DNA of 42,303 nucleotides, from the IMG/VR virus record IMGVR_UViG_3300045988_094189, positions 1 to 42,303 of that record. One strand, 5' to 3'. Origin of the DNA: a virus. The notes below the pieces were generated by a model. The model searched no databases and was not told the DNA's origin. It worked only from the letters and a program-made list of their open reading frames with translations. Below are positions 1 through 7,065 of the stretch, piece after piece. Position numbers and translations under genes: made by a program. Each line of letters starts with the position of its first letter. The first letter of the stretch is position 1.

Positions 1-119
1 AAAAGGTACTAAAAAATTATTTAAAACGCTTTTTTTCACATATAATATCCAAAATCAGCGTATTAAAAACGTTGAAATATCAACATTTATCAAAATCTAT
101 TAAGATTAATAATTCTATG
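1..119. repeat. Left copy of exact 119-bp terminal direct repeat
   Basis: Positions 1..119 read identically to 42185..42303 (aaaaggtactaaaaaattatttaaaacgc...attaataattctatg). Confidence 0.95.
70..85. repeat. CGTTGAAATATCAACA motif (variant copy, inside the terminal repeat)
   Basis: Related to the 16-bp near-palindromes at 17563 and 18474. It also occurs at 42254..42269 because of the terminal repeat. Confidence 0.4.
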
Positions 120-175
120 ATTGACTGTTTCATAATCCTATTATACCTTAAATTTCAAGGCTTTGCAAGATATAA

Positions 176-192
176 GGTACTAAAAAGGTACT
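176..192. repeat. GGTACTAAAAAGGTACT tandem motif (candidate integrase arm-type site), copy B
   Basis: The 17-mer ggtactaaaaaggtact overlaps the int stop codon. A near-identical copy (agtactaaaaaggtact) lies at 42178..42194, about 182 bp away on the circular map. Confidence 0.45.
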
Positions 193-1204
193 ATTCTATC
201 ATAGAAACAAACTCTTCCTGCTTGCCGGGGTAAAGGTGTGAATATGTAGCAAGGGCTGTTTCGGGAGTATCGCCAAGTCTTTCAGCCACAAGCAGTATAT
301 TACAGCCAAGCTCAATCATCATGGAGGCGTGAGAATGCCTTAAATCGTGTATTCTCATTTCAGGGAACCCACACTCGCGGAGAGCTGCTTTAAATGGCCT
401 TGTTGCTGTACTTCTGCTGATGTCAAAAAGCAAATCTGTCTTTTCCGCCTTATACATAGTTTCGATGTACTTCTGTACTTCATCTGCAAGGAATTTAGGC
501 ATTAAGACACTCCGTATAGAGTTCTGTGTCTTAGGGGCAGTAATAACATTTTCTCTGTCTCTGCTTTTGGTCACACTGATATTTTTCCCATCTATATCCC
601 CGACTGTCAGGGCAAGGCATTCGCCAAACCTCAAACCTGTGTAAAAAAGCACATCAAAAAGAACCTTGTATTTAGCGTTGGGGAACTCTAATTGCTCATA
701 TTGCTGCTTTGTCAGTATAACATACTCTCGTTTTTCTTTCGGCACAATGTTTTTTGCAATCCTAACAGGGTTTTTTTGCAGACCGCAAAAGGATATACCC
801 CAGTTGAATATAGCACTTAAAGTATCTACAATCTTCCTTATCGTGCTTGAAGCAAGCCCTTTATCCTTTAATGAATACTGCCACTCCTTAACCATAAGTG
901 GAGTAATTTCAGACGCAGGGCAGTTAAAAACTCCAAAGATGTGGTATTTTGCCATTGAAAGAACTCTCTCGTATGTTGTTTTTCTTGCTCTTGCCTTTAA
1001 GTCCACAAGATATTTATTAACAAGGGTATCAAAGCTAATATCGTTGTTGACAGCAGCGTGATTTTCAATAAAATCTCTTTCCCACGCAAGAGCTTCTTTT
1101 CTCAAGTCAAAGCCTGACTTCTTCTTCTGCTTTCTTTCTCCCGAATAGTCTTTATAGTAGAACTTGCAGTACCATTTCCCGTTTTTGTCTTTATATGCAG
1201 GCAT
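191..1204 (-). CDS. int: Tyrosine recombinase / phage integrase (Tn916-Int-like)
   Basis: 337 aa. The N-terminus MPAYKDKNGKWYCKFYY is typical of arm-binding domains. The C-terminus carries RIHDLRHSHAS ... LGDTPETALATYSHLY (R, HxxR, Y catalytic signature). Confidence 0.95.
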   Translation of the reverse strand: MPAYKDKNGKWYCKFYYKDYSGERKQKKKSGFDLRKEALAWERDFIENHAAVNNDISFDTLVNKYLVDLKARARKTTYERVLSMAKYHIFGVFNCPASEITPLMVKEWQYSLKDKGLASSTIRKIVDTLSAIFNWGISFCGLQKNPVRIAKNIVPKEKREYVILTKQQYEQLEFPNAKYKVLFDVLFYTGLRFGECLALTVGDIDGKNISVTKSRDRENVITAPKTQNSIRSVLMPKFLADEVQKYIETMYKAEKTDLLFDISRSTATRPFKAALRECGFPEMRIHDLRHSHASMMIELGCNILLVAERLGDTPETALATYSHLYPGKQEEFVSMIE

Positions 1205-1216
1205 AATATAACTCCT

Positions 1217-1654
1217 TTACCAACACACGCTGCAAGCGTCATATCCTGCGCTCTCAGCTTCATAAGAACTTTCATAATACGATAAATCGTCTTTCCCCGA
1301 CACATACTGGCACCATATATGATGATATTTTGAGCCTGTACGTGTAACGTAAGCATAATTTTCTTCCGAAACAGCGTCATTGTCATAACTGTAATCAGAG
1401 TTGCTTCGCAATTCCTGTTCGATTTCATCACGCAGCTGTTTGCTTATACATTGTCTGCAAGTTGTTGTGTATGTACCCTCAGTACTATTGTAATACAGAT
1501 ATATATTACGACCACAAGTGCTACAAACAGCGTATGTATCATCTTTATCTGTAACTTTGTACAGGAAGTAACCATTTAGAACTAACGATACGATAAGCGC
1601 AACAGTCAAGAATATCAAAGTAAATTTATTGTTCGTTTTCTTCTCTTCGTTCAT
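1217..1654 (-). CDS. Membrane-anchored zinc-ribbon protein, unknown function
   Basis: 145 aa. It has an N-terminal TM helix (FTLIFLTVALIVSLVLNGYFLY), CSTCG...CRQC cysteine pairs and a C-terminal KYHHIWC...GYDACSVCW motif. It lies between int and the repressor. Confidence 0.7.
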   Translation of the reverse strand: MNEEKKTNNKFTLIFLTVALIVSLVLNGYFLYKVTDKDDTYAVCSTCGRNIYLYYNSTEGTYTTTCRQCISKQLRDEIEQELRSNSDYSYDNDAVSEENYAYVTRTGSKYHHIWCQYVSGKDDLSYYESSYEAESAGYDACSVCW

Positions 1655-1658
1655 TTCA

Positions 1659-2108
1659 TCACCTATACATAATTATTATCTTATCCCTAAACCTGTCATA
1701 CTCCAATTTTGCGAAGTCATTACCTCGAATAAAAATATAAGTATAGCTTCCCGGGCGTGAATAATCAAATCCCAGTACAACCATACTTTCCACATAAGTC
1801 CTTATAATTTCAGTAACGGGCAATCCGTCACAGTTCTTCGAAACTTTAATACTGTCATAAGTAATCTTACTGTATTCAGCCTTACGTCTGACAGCAGCAG
1901 GCGAAGTATTTGTAAACTCGCCAAAATTAATAATGGCGGTCTTTCCATAGCGTGCTAACTGATGTATGCATTCGTCATTGCAAGGCAATATGGTGCTCTC
2001 TGCATACGCAGTACACCTCTGTGACATTCCCACAATAATAAATGCACTTGTCGTGAGCATTACCGTCACAACGATACAGGACAGTATGCTTTTTAATTTT
2101 ATCTTCAC
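1659..2108 (-). CDS. Secreted or membrane-anchored protein, unknown function
   Basis: The track ORF 1659..2231 overlaps the repressor gene by more than 100 nt. An in-frame GTG at 2108 follows GAGAAAGG by 7 nt. This start gives VKIKLKSILSCIVVTVMLTTSAFIIVG (signal/TM) plus a Cys-containing domain, 149 aa. Confidence 0.6.
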   Translation of the reverse strand: MKIKLKSILSCIVVTVMLTTSAFIIVGMSQRCTAYAESTILPCNDECIHQLARYGKTAIINFGEFTNTSPAAVRRKAEYSKITYDSIKVSKNCDGLPVTEIIRTYVESMVVLGFDYSRPGSYTYIFIRGNDFAKLEYDRFRDKIIIMYR

Positions 2109-2127
2109 AGTGTAGCCTTTCTCGCTT

Positions 2128-2499
2128 TTATGCGTCTTGATAAATATCACACAGTCGTATAGATTGCTCAATATTATCAATAATAATTTTTCTGCTAAAG
2201 TCGTCCAGTGTGTCGCCTGAATATTCAACATTAGCGGAATTTCTTAGTAGAAACGCCAGTTTTGTAAGTTCCAACTTGACGTCAAATGGTGGTATTTCGG
2301 TTTGTTCCCCTTTTAGTATATAAGCTACAGGGGCTCCGAGATATGCACTCAGCTTGTTTAGGGCAGGAACAGACGGTACTGTATTTTTCCATTTGCAAGC
2401 GTTACCTCTAGGGAAGCCTATATCTCTTTCCATTTGAGCAACAGTTACTCCTTGTTTTTCGCACAATGCCTTTACTCTATCGTATACTGTTTCGCCCAC
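2128..2499 (-). CDS. XRE-family HTH repressor (cI-like)
   Basis: HTH_XRE motif KQGVTVAQMERDIGFPRGNACKWKN..LNKLSAYLG. The GTG at 2499 lies 8 nt after AGGAAAGGAGG. The upstream ATGs at 2541 and 2535 lack an SD, so the ORF could still extend to 2541. Confidence 0.85.
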   Translation of the reverse strand: MGETVYDRVKALCEKQGVTVAQMERDIGFPRGNACKWKNTVPSVPALNKLSAYLGAPVAYILKGEQTEIPPFDVKLELTKLAFLLRNSANVEYSGDTLDDFSRKIIIDNIEQSIRLCDIYQDA

Positions 2500-2549
2500 G
2501 ACAAAAACCTCCTTTCCTAAAAAAATATTAGACATACGCAAAAAACCTA

Positions 2550-2578
2550 TTGACAGTCGTACCGATATACGCTAGAAT
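2550..2578 (+). promoter_or_regulatory. Sigma-70-type promoter, rightward (early/lytic candidate)
   Basis: TTGACA (2550..2555), a 17-nt spacer, then TAGAAT (2573..2578). The spacer contains cgta..tacg operator-like sequence. Confidence 0.5.
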
Positions 2579-2588
2579 AAGAGTGTGA

Positions 2589-2609
2589 GATACGACGCAC
2601 AATCGTATC
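2589..2609. promoter_or_regulatory. Perfect 7-bp inverted repeat GATACGA-N7-TCGTATC (candidate operator)
   Basis: gatacgacgcacaatcgtatc. It is one of at least 7 ATACG/CGTAT pentamers concentrated in 2533..2746. Confidence 0.5.
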
Positions 2610-2703
2610 GAACTACGATTAAATCAGCGGCAAACTGAAATTCGAGCGGAATCAATACGGCAAAAGTGCCCAATTTAGTGTATGTAGTTGTTTGCGTATT
2701 ATT

Positions 2704-2732
2704 AATGTACACCAGATTGCGTAAATTGTCAA
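2704..2732 (-). promoter_or_regulatory. Possible leftward promoter facing the rightward one
   Basis: The reverse complement reads TTGACA (2727..2732), a 17-nt spacer, then TACATT (2704..2709). The spacer carries TACGCAA operator-like sequence. It is about 200 nt from the repressor start, so its role is uncertain. Confidence 0.3.
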
Positions 2733-2780
2733 TATAAATTCGTATTTATTTCAGTGCTAAAATGTGGAAAGGAGTTGAGA

Positions 2781-2972
2781 ATGGAAAAAGACGACAGGAT
2801 AACACCTGAAACAATGCACAGATATTGCTGCCTAGATGAAGTTGACCCCGCACTTGACAGGCTTGTCAAGCACGAGGTCGAGAGCGCAAAGCACATCGGT
2901 TTTGCAAAAGGTTTATTTGTTGGTATTATCGCAGGACTGGCGACAGCATACATTATCGTTGCAAGCCTATAA
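2781..2972 (+). CDS. Small C-terminally anchored membrane protein
   Basis: The ATG at 2781 lies 6 nt after GGAAAGGAG. 63 aa ending in the hydrophobic helix GLFVGIIAGLATAYIIVASL. Confidence 0.6.
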   Translation: MEKDDRITPETMHRYCCLDEVDPALDRLVKHEVESAKHIGFAKGLFVGIIAGLATAYIIVASL

Positions 2973-3012
2973 TGCCGGTTATGGCAGCAATTATGGCAGA
3001 AAGGAGAAAAGC

Positions 3013-3219
3013 TTGAAAACAGAAATTATTATCAAGAACATTGAAGAAGTGGCAAAACGCAAAGGGTTATCTATTGCGGCACTCGAAAGAAAAGCAGGAC
3101 TTGCTAGAGGTCATTTCTACAAGCTGAAAAGCACAGCAATGCAGCTTGAAACTCTTGCAAGAATAGCAGACGCACTGGACGTTTCTGTTTCCTACCTGCT
3201 TAGAGAAAGAAAGGAGTAG
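3013..3219 (+). CDS. Cro-like XRE-family HTH regulator
   Basis: The TTG at 3013 lies 6 nt after AAGGAG. 68 aa with KRKGLSIAALERKAGLARGHFYKLK...LETLARIADALDVSVSYLL. The longer track ORF (from 2836) overlaps the previous gene. Confidence 0.8.
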   Translation: MKTEIIIKNIEEVAKRKGLSIAALERKAGLARGHFYKLKSTAMQLETLARIADALDVSVSYLLRERKE

Positions 3220-3221
3220 AA

Positions 3222-3398
3222 ATGTTAAAGAAAGGAGGCTTTTACACTGTACAAGATGTGATGAACATCTTAGGAGTTAAACAGTCTAAGGCTTACAGGG
3301 AGATTAGAAAACTCAACAATGAGCTAAAGGCAGATGGTTATATCACTATAGCAGGGAAAGTTCCTGCTAAGAAATTCAATGAGAGGTTTTACCAATGA
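3222..3398 (+). CDS. Small HTH DNA-binding protein (excisionase/AlpA-like)
   Basis: Not in the ORF track (58 aa): MLKKGGFYTVQDVMNILGVKQSKAYREIRKLNNELKADGYITIAGKVPAKKFNERFYQ. The SD AAAGGAG lies upstream, and the stop overlaps the next ATG (ATGA). Confidence 0.75.
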   Translation: MLKKGGFYTVQDVMNILGVKQSKAYREIRKLNNELKADGYITIAGKVPAKKFNERFYQ

Positions 3399-3949
3399 AG
3401 AGGATAGGTAAGACGGGGGCAATACCCGTAATAGCATTTCTGCTGCTTATAAGCTGTACCCCTACCAGTGAAGTAGTAGACGCACAGGAAATGCCAAAAA
3501 ATGAAACGACCGCCCCGGCTGTCGAAGTACAAAAATGGCAACCTTGGGCGGACATTCCGCTAAGCAATGAATTGCAGGAGTACATTCACACGCTATGTGA
3601 AGAACGTAATCTTGCATACTCGTTTATTATAGCATTGATTGAGGTTGAAAGCAACTTTAATTCTGACATTGTTTCAGCAACAAATGATTACGGCTTAATG
3701 CAGATTAACGCCTGTAATCACAGAGAAGATTTTGATTACTTAGACCCATACGACAATGTAACTATGGGAATCGAAATGCTGTCAGATTTAGCGGAAAAAT
3801 ACTCCGATGTTGAAAGCGTTTTAATGGCTTACAATCTTGGAGAAGCAGGAGCTGTAAACCTTTGGAATCAGGGCATTTACAGCACCGAATACACTAAAAA
3901 AGTATTAGACAGAAAACTGCAATATGAGAAAGGACATAGTGATTTATGA
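3395..3949 (+). CDS. Lipoprotein lytic transglycosylase (SLT domain)
   Basis: Signal peptide with lipobox LLISC. SLT motifs are IEVESNFN, YGLMQIN and AYNLGEAG. Confidence 0.85.
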   Translation: MKRIGKTGAIPVIAFLLLISCTPTSEVVDAQEMPKNETTAPAVEVQKWQPWADIPLSNELQEYIHTLCEERNLAYSFIIALIEVESNFNSDIVSATNDYGLMQINACNHREDFDYLDPYDNVTMGIEMLSDLAEKYSDVESVLMAYNLGEAGAVNLWNQGIYSTEYTKKVLDRKLQYEKGHSDL

Positions 3950-4245
3950 AATTACGAAAGCAAGACGGTGAGTTTGTAAACGCTTTAATAAACGGAATAG
4001 GAACGGGCGTTTTAAAACTTGAAATAATAACTTCGCCTATAGGTTTAAAAGTCGTAGTTGCTTCAAGTCAGAAAGGTGTTGACAAGTTGAAGGCTGAAGG
4101 AGCAACAGACGACTGTATAGAACAATGCAGAAATGTTATGAAAATGGCAGCGGCAGAGATTGGCGAAATTATAAAAAGTTGTGGTGTAGGAGAATTGATG
4201 TATGAGAGTACGAAGAAAGACGAGGAACAGCCAGTTACTGCTTGA
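3946..4245 (+). CDS. Hypothetical protein
   Basis: 99 aa, start overlaps the upstream stop (ATGA), same-strand operon context. Confidence 0.6.
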   Translation: MKLRKQDGEFVNALINGIGTGVLKLEIITSPIGLKVVVASSQKGVDKLKAEGATDDCIEQCRNVMKMAAAEIGEIIKSCGVGELMYESTKKDEEQPVTA

Positions 4246-4390
4246 TTCGGGTAAATGCGACAAGCCGATGAAGCGGAGCAAGGAAGCTGCAGGTTGGGAA
4301 TGTAAAGGAAACTGTCAGAACTGCTTCTGCTTCATCGTCAAGACAACAACAGGAGATTGGGAGCATATATCCCCAGTGATAGATAAATGA
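4202..4390 (+). CDS. Hypothetical small Cys-rich protein (start uncertain)
   Basis: 62-aa ORF overlapping the upstream gene by 44 nt. It contains CKGNCQNCFC. An alternative ATG at 4268 has no SD. Confidence 0.35.
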   Translation: MRVRRKTRNSQLLLDSGKCDKPMKRSKEAAGWECKGNCQNCFCFIVKTTTGDWEHISPVIDK

Positions 4391-5124
4391 ATAGTGGCTA
4401 CTTAAAAATCTACAGGAAATGCAGAGAAAACTTTCTTTACATGGAAAAGCCTTTTGACAGGTGGCATGCTTTTGAGGACTTGCTTTTTATGGCACGACGA
4501 TTCCCGGCAGATGTGATGATAAAGGGGAAAATGATACACCTAGAAGTTGGTCAATTGATAGTTGGAACTGATAAACTCGCAGAAAGATGGGGTTGGAGTA
4601 GGGGAAAAGTAACAAGGTATGTGACTACCCTTGAGACTCAAGGAATGATTGCGAAAATCGGTACAGCAAGCGGGACACTTATAACCATTGAAAATTACGG
4701 GTTATACCAGCTTGTCCGAACAGGAGATGATACAGCAGACGGTACAGCAGACGGTACAGCAGACGGTACAGCAGACGGTACACATAAAAAGAAAGAAAAG
4801 AAAGTAAGAAAGAAAGAAAGTAAGAATGTATTAATAACCCCCCATACCCCCCTTCTTACAGATTGCGGTGAGGAATTGCAGGAAGCAGTCAAGCGGTGGT
4901 TGGCTTACAAGCAGGAGCGAGGACAAGCCTATAAGCAAGTTGGGCTTGATACGCTGATTAAGAAAATTAAGAAGTCAGCTACCCAGTACGGCGAGAGCGT
5001 AGTAGTAGACCTTATAGACGAGTGTATCGCCAACAGGTATCAGGGCATAATTTGGGAAAGAATACAAAGGCGGAACAGCCTAGAGGACAGCTACAGGATG
5101 ATGGAGGAATGGGCGAATGAGTAA
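4387..5124 (+). CDS. Replication initiator / replisome organiser (wHTH N-domain, DnaD-like C-domain)
   Basis: The N-domain GQLIVGTDKLAERWGWSRGKVTRYVTTLETQGMIAKI...ITIENYGLYQ is typical of Firmicutes phage replication proteins. A linker (TADG)x4 plus a K/E-rich stretch follows. The C-terminal domain ends YQGIIWE. Confidence 0.75.
   Translation: MNSGYLKIYRKCRENFLYMEKPFDRWHAFEDLLFMARRFPADVMIKGKMIHLEVGQLIVGTDKLAERWGWSRGKVTRYVTTLETQGMIAKIGTASGTLITIENYGLYQLVRTGDDTADGTADGTADGTADGTHKKKEKKVRKKESKNVLITPHTPLLTDCGEELQEAVKRWLAYKQERGQAYKQVGLDTLIKKIKKSATQYGESVVVDLIDECIANRYQGIIWERIQRRNSLEDSYRMMEEWANE
4732..4836. promoter_or_regulatory. Candidate origin of replication: 4 x 12-bp iterons plus A-rich tract
   Basis: acagcagacggt is repeated exactly 4 times (4732..4779). 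It is followed immediately by about 50 bp of purine/A-rich DNA (ataaaaagaaagaaaagaaagtaagaaagaaagaaagtaagaatgtattaataa). Confidence 0.5.
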
Positions 5125-5650
5125 GACAGAATTTTTAAAACTGGCAGAAGCGATTAAGACAGCCTACCCGAAAGAGGGACTGCTAGCCACCAAAGAAGCT
5201 ATGCAGCTGTGGTATGCAATGCTTCAGGATATTGACTATCAGACAGCAGCGGCAGCAGTAAAGGCATATATCGCCGTTAAGAAGTTCCCGCCTACCATAG
5301 CAGACATAAGAGAAATGGCAACAGTAAGCGAGGTACAGGACTGGGGGACAGGTTGGCAGAAAACACTTAGCGTAATCCGAAAGTATGGGTGGTGCAGACA
5401 GAAAGAAGCACTTGAAGAACTTGACGAGCTCACAAGGCAGACAGTACAGCGGCTTGGCTATATGGAGCTGTGCACATCAGAAAACCTAATGGCAGACAGG
5501 GGTAATTTCAGAATGATTTACGAGGAGCTGTCAGCAAAAGAAAAGACAAGGGAAAAACTGCCCGAAAAACTAAGAAAGGAGCTAGGCAATGAAAGCAGAG
5601 GTATTACTGGACCTGCTAAGCGGCAAGCCAGTGACAAGGAGAGAGATTAG
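5117..5650 (+). CDS. G39P-like helicase loader/inhibitor domain protein
   Basis: AIKTAYPKEGLL..EAMQLWYAMLQDIDYQTAAAAVKAYIAVKKFPPTIADIRE matches, from memory, the SPP1 G39P family pattern. Confidence 0.6.
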   Translation: MSKTEFLKLAEAIKTAYPKEGLLATKEAMQLWYAMLQDIDYQTAAAAVKAYIAVKKFPPTIADIREMATVSEVQDWGTGWQKTLSVIRKYGWCRQKEALEELDELTRQTVQRLGYMELCTSENLMADRGNFRMIYEELSAKEKTREKLPEKLRKELGNESRGITGPAKRQASDKERD

Positions 5651-5900
5651 ACAGCAGACAGGCTACCCCGACAGAGAGATTAGACAGGCTGTAAGAGATT
5701 TACGGCTCAGCGGAGTAAGGGTGGTGACAGCAGAGAACGGCGGTTACTACATAGCGAGAAGCGAAGAAGAATATATACCATTTCGCAATTCAATGATATC
5801 AAGAGTTGTGAAAATCATGGAAGTAGTTAACGCAATGGACAGAAACTTAAACGGGCAGGTGATATTGGAATGTACTGGTGTGAAGAATGCGGAGCAGTAG
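5589..5900 (+). CDS. Winged-helix DNA-binding protein
   Basis: 103 aa, SD AAAGGAG 7 nt upstream. LLSGKPVTRREIRQQTGYPDREIRQAVRDLRLSGVRVV looks like a wHTH. It overlaps the upstream gene by 62 nt. Confidence 0.55.
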   Translation: MKAEVLLDLLSGKPVTRREIRQQTGYPDREIRQAVRDLRLSGVRVVTAENGGYYIARSEEEYIPFRNSMISRVVKIMEVVNAMDRNLNGQVILECTGVKNAEQ

Positions 5901-6148
5901 AAAAACCGCAATTCGCGTATGACAGTACCGGAATGTACGAGGTTTGCCCGAACTGCAAAGGTGAATTAACCCACGCCGACAGGTGCGGCTGCGGAAACTG
6001 GATAGACCCGACAGAGTTCATATGCGAGGACTGCAAGAAATTTATATCAAACATAGGCTTAACCCTGCAGGACGAGTTCGACAGACAGACAGGCAGAGAG
6101 GTGAGCGAGGAACATTTAAAGGAGTTAATGGAGAAATGGATAACTTAA
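5870..6148 (+). CDS. Zinc-ribbon protein
   Basis: 92 aa with CEEC...CPNC...CGC...CEDC cysteine pairs. Confidence 0.6.
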   Translation: MYWCEECGAVEKPQFAYDSTGMYEVCPNCKGELTHADRCGCGNWIDPTEFICEDCKKFISNIGLTLQDEFDRQTGREVSEEHLKELMEKWIT

Positions 6149-6834
6149 AAATATATAACGCAGTACGAAAAGTGCCAAAGGAAGCGCAGAAACCGATAAC
6201 CGCAGGAAGACTAAAAGGAATGACGGACATCAACCCGATGTGGCGAATTAAGACGTTAACAGAACAATTTGGCGTGTGCGGCATTGGTTGGTACTACCAA
6301 ATAACAGACAAATGGATAGACAACGCAACAGCCAACGGCGAAATCACTGCAAATGTAGTTATTGACCTTTTCGTTAGAGTTGCAGGCGAATGGAGCAACG
6401 CTATTCAGGGCATAGGCGGCTCAAAGCTTGTTGCTTCTGAGAAAAACGGCTTATATGTCAATGATGAATGTTATAAAATGGCGCTTACAGATGCAATATC
6501 CGTAGCGTGCAAGTCACTAGGCGTGGGCGCGGACATTTATTGGCAGAAAGACAACACAAAATATAACGACGGCAAGAAAGCCAATGCTGCTGAAGAAAGA
6601 AAAGACGCAGAGAAGAAAAAAGAGCTTGAAACCACAGCTATAAGCGCAGCCGAAGCTAAAACCTTAAAGGGACTAATCGAGATGACTGGCACAGACGAGA
6701 AGAAGCTGCTGAAATCATACAAGGCGGCAACCATAGAAGCCCTTTCAAAGGCACAGTGGGCGCAGGCGGTTAAGATTTTAAGCGAGAGAAAAGAAAAACA
6801 GACAAGCGAAGTGCAGAACGCACTTTTCGGATAA
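6136..6834 (+). CDS. Rad52/Sak-like single-strand annealing protein
   Basis: LTEQFGVCGIGWYYQI and ECYKMALTDAISVACKSLGVGADIYWQKD resemble the Rad52 core (FG..GW; EAVTDGLKRAL..FGNALG). The start at ATG 6136 (MDNLKIYNAV) avoids a 165-nt overlap. Confidence 0.7.
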   Translation: MDNLKIYNAVRKVPKEAQKPITAGRLKGMTDINPMWRIKTLTEQFGVCGIGWYYQITDKWIDNATANGEITANVVIDLFVRVAGEWSNAIQGIGGSKLVASEKNGLYVNDECYKMALTDAISVACKSLGVGADIYWQKDNTKYNDGKKANAAEERKDAEKKKELETTAISAAEAKTLKGLIEMTGTDEKKLLKSYKAATIEALSKAQWAQAVKILSERKEKQTSEVQNALFG

Positions 6835-6844
6835 GGAGAAAATT

Positions 6845-7054
6845 ATGTTAATAAGCAGAAAAGCATTTGAGAAAGCGTTGGAAGACGAAAGACGCAAGGT
6901 TGACAATGAATGGATTAAACGCAACGAAAAAAGACAGAGTGAAGAATATTTCGAAAGACGATTTACACGATTAGAAGAAAGAGTTGGAATACTTGAACGG
7001 TCTGCAGGCAAAACGATTGACGAAGTTGACCAGTGCTGGATGACCAAAGGATAA
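6845..7054 (+). CDS. Hypothetical coiled-coil protein
   Basis: 69 aa, SD TAAGGAG, charged helical sequence. Confidence 0.6.
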   Translation: MLISRKAFEKALEDERRKVDNEWIKRNEKRQSEEYFERRFTRLEERVGILERSAGKTIDEVDQCWMTKG

Positions 7055-7065
7055 GGAGTTAAGCA

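Noticed and set aside
1-119. Interpreting the 119-bp end repeats as attL/attR of an integrated prophage, or as transposon LTRs.
   Set aside because: There is no host sequence outside the repeats, and the repeat ends exactly at the window edges. No target tRNA or duplicated gene fragment is present. A circular-assembly overlap or short terminal redundancy explains it better.
4695-4892. 65-aa minus-strand ORF over the iteron region.
   Set aside because: It is an artefact of the 12-bp repeat (VPSAVPSAVPSA translation) and lies antisense to the replication-initiator gene.
5983-6135. The N-terminal 51-aa extension of the annealing-protein ORF (track start 5983).
   Set aside because: The extension is Arg-rich with no domain and overlaps gene 5870..6148 almost completely. 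The ATG at 6136 gives a sensible N-terminus with only a 13-nt overlap.
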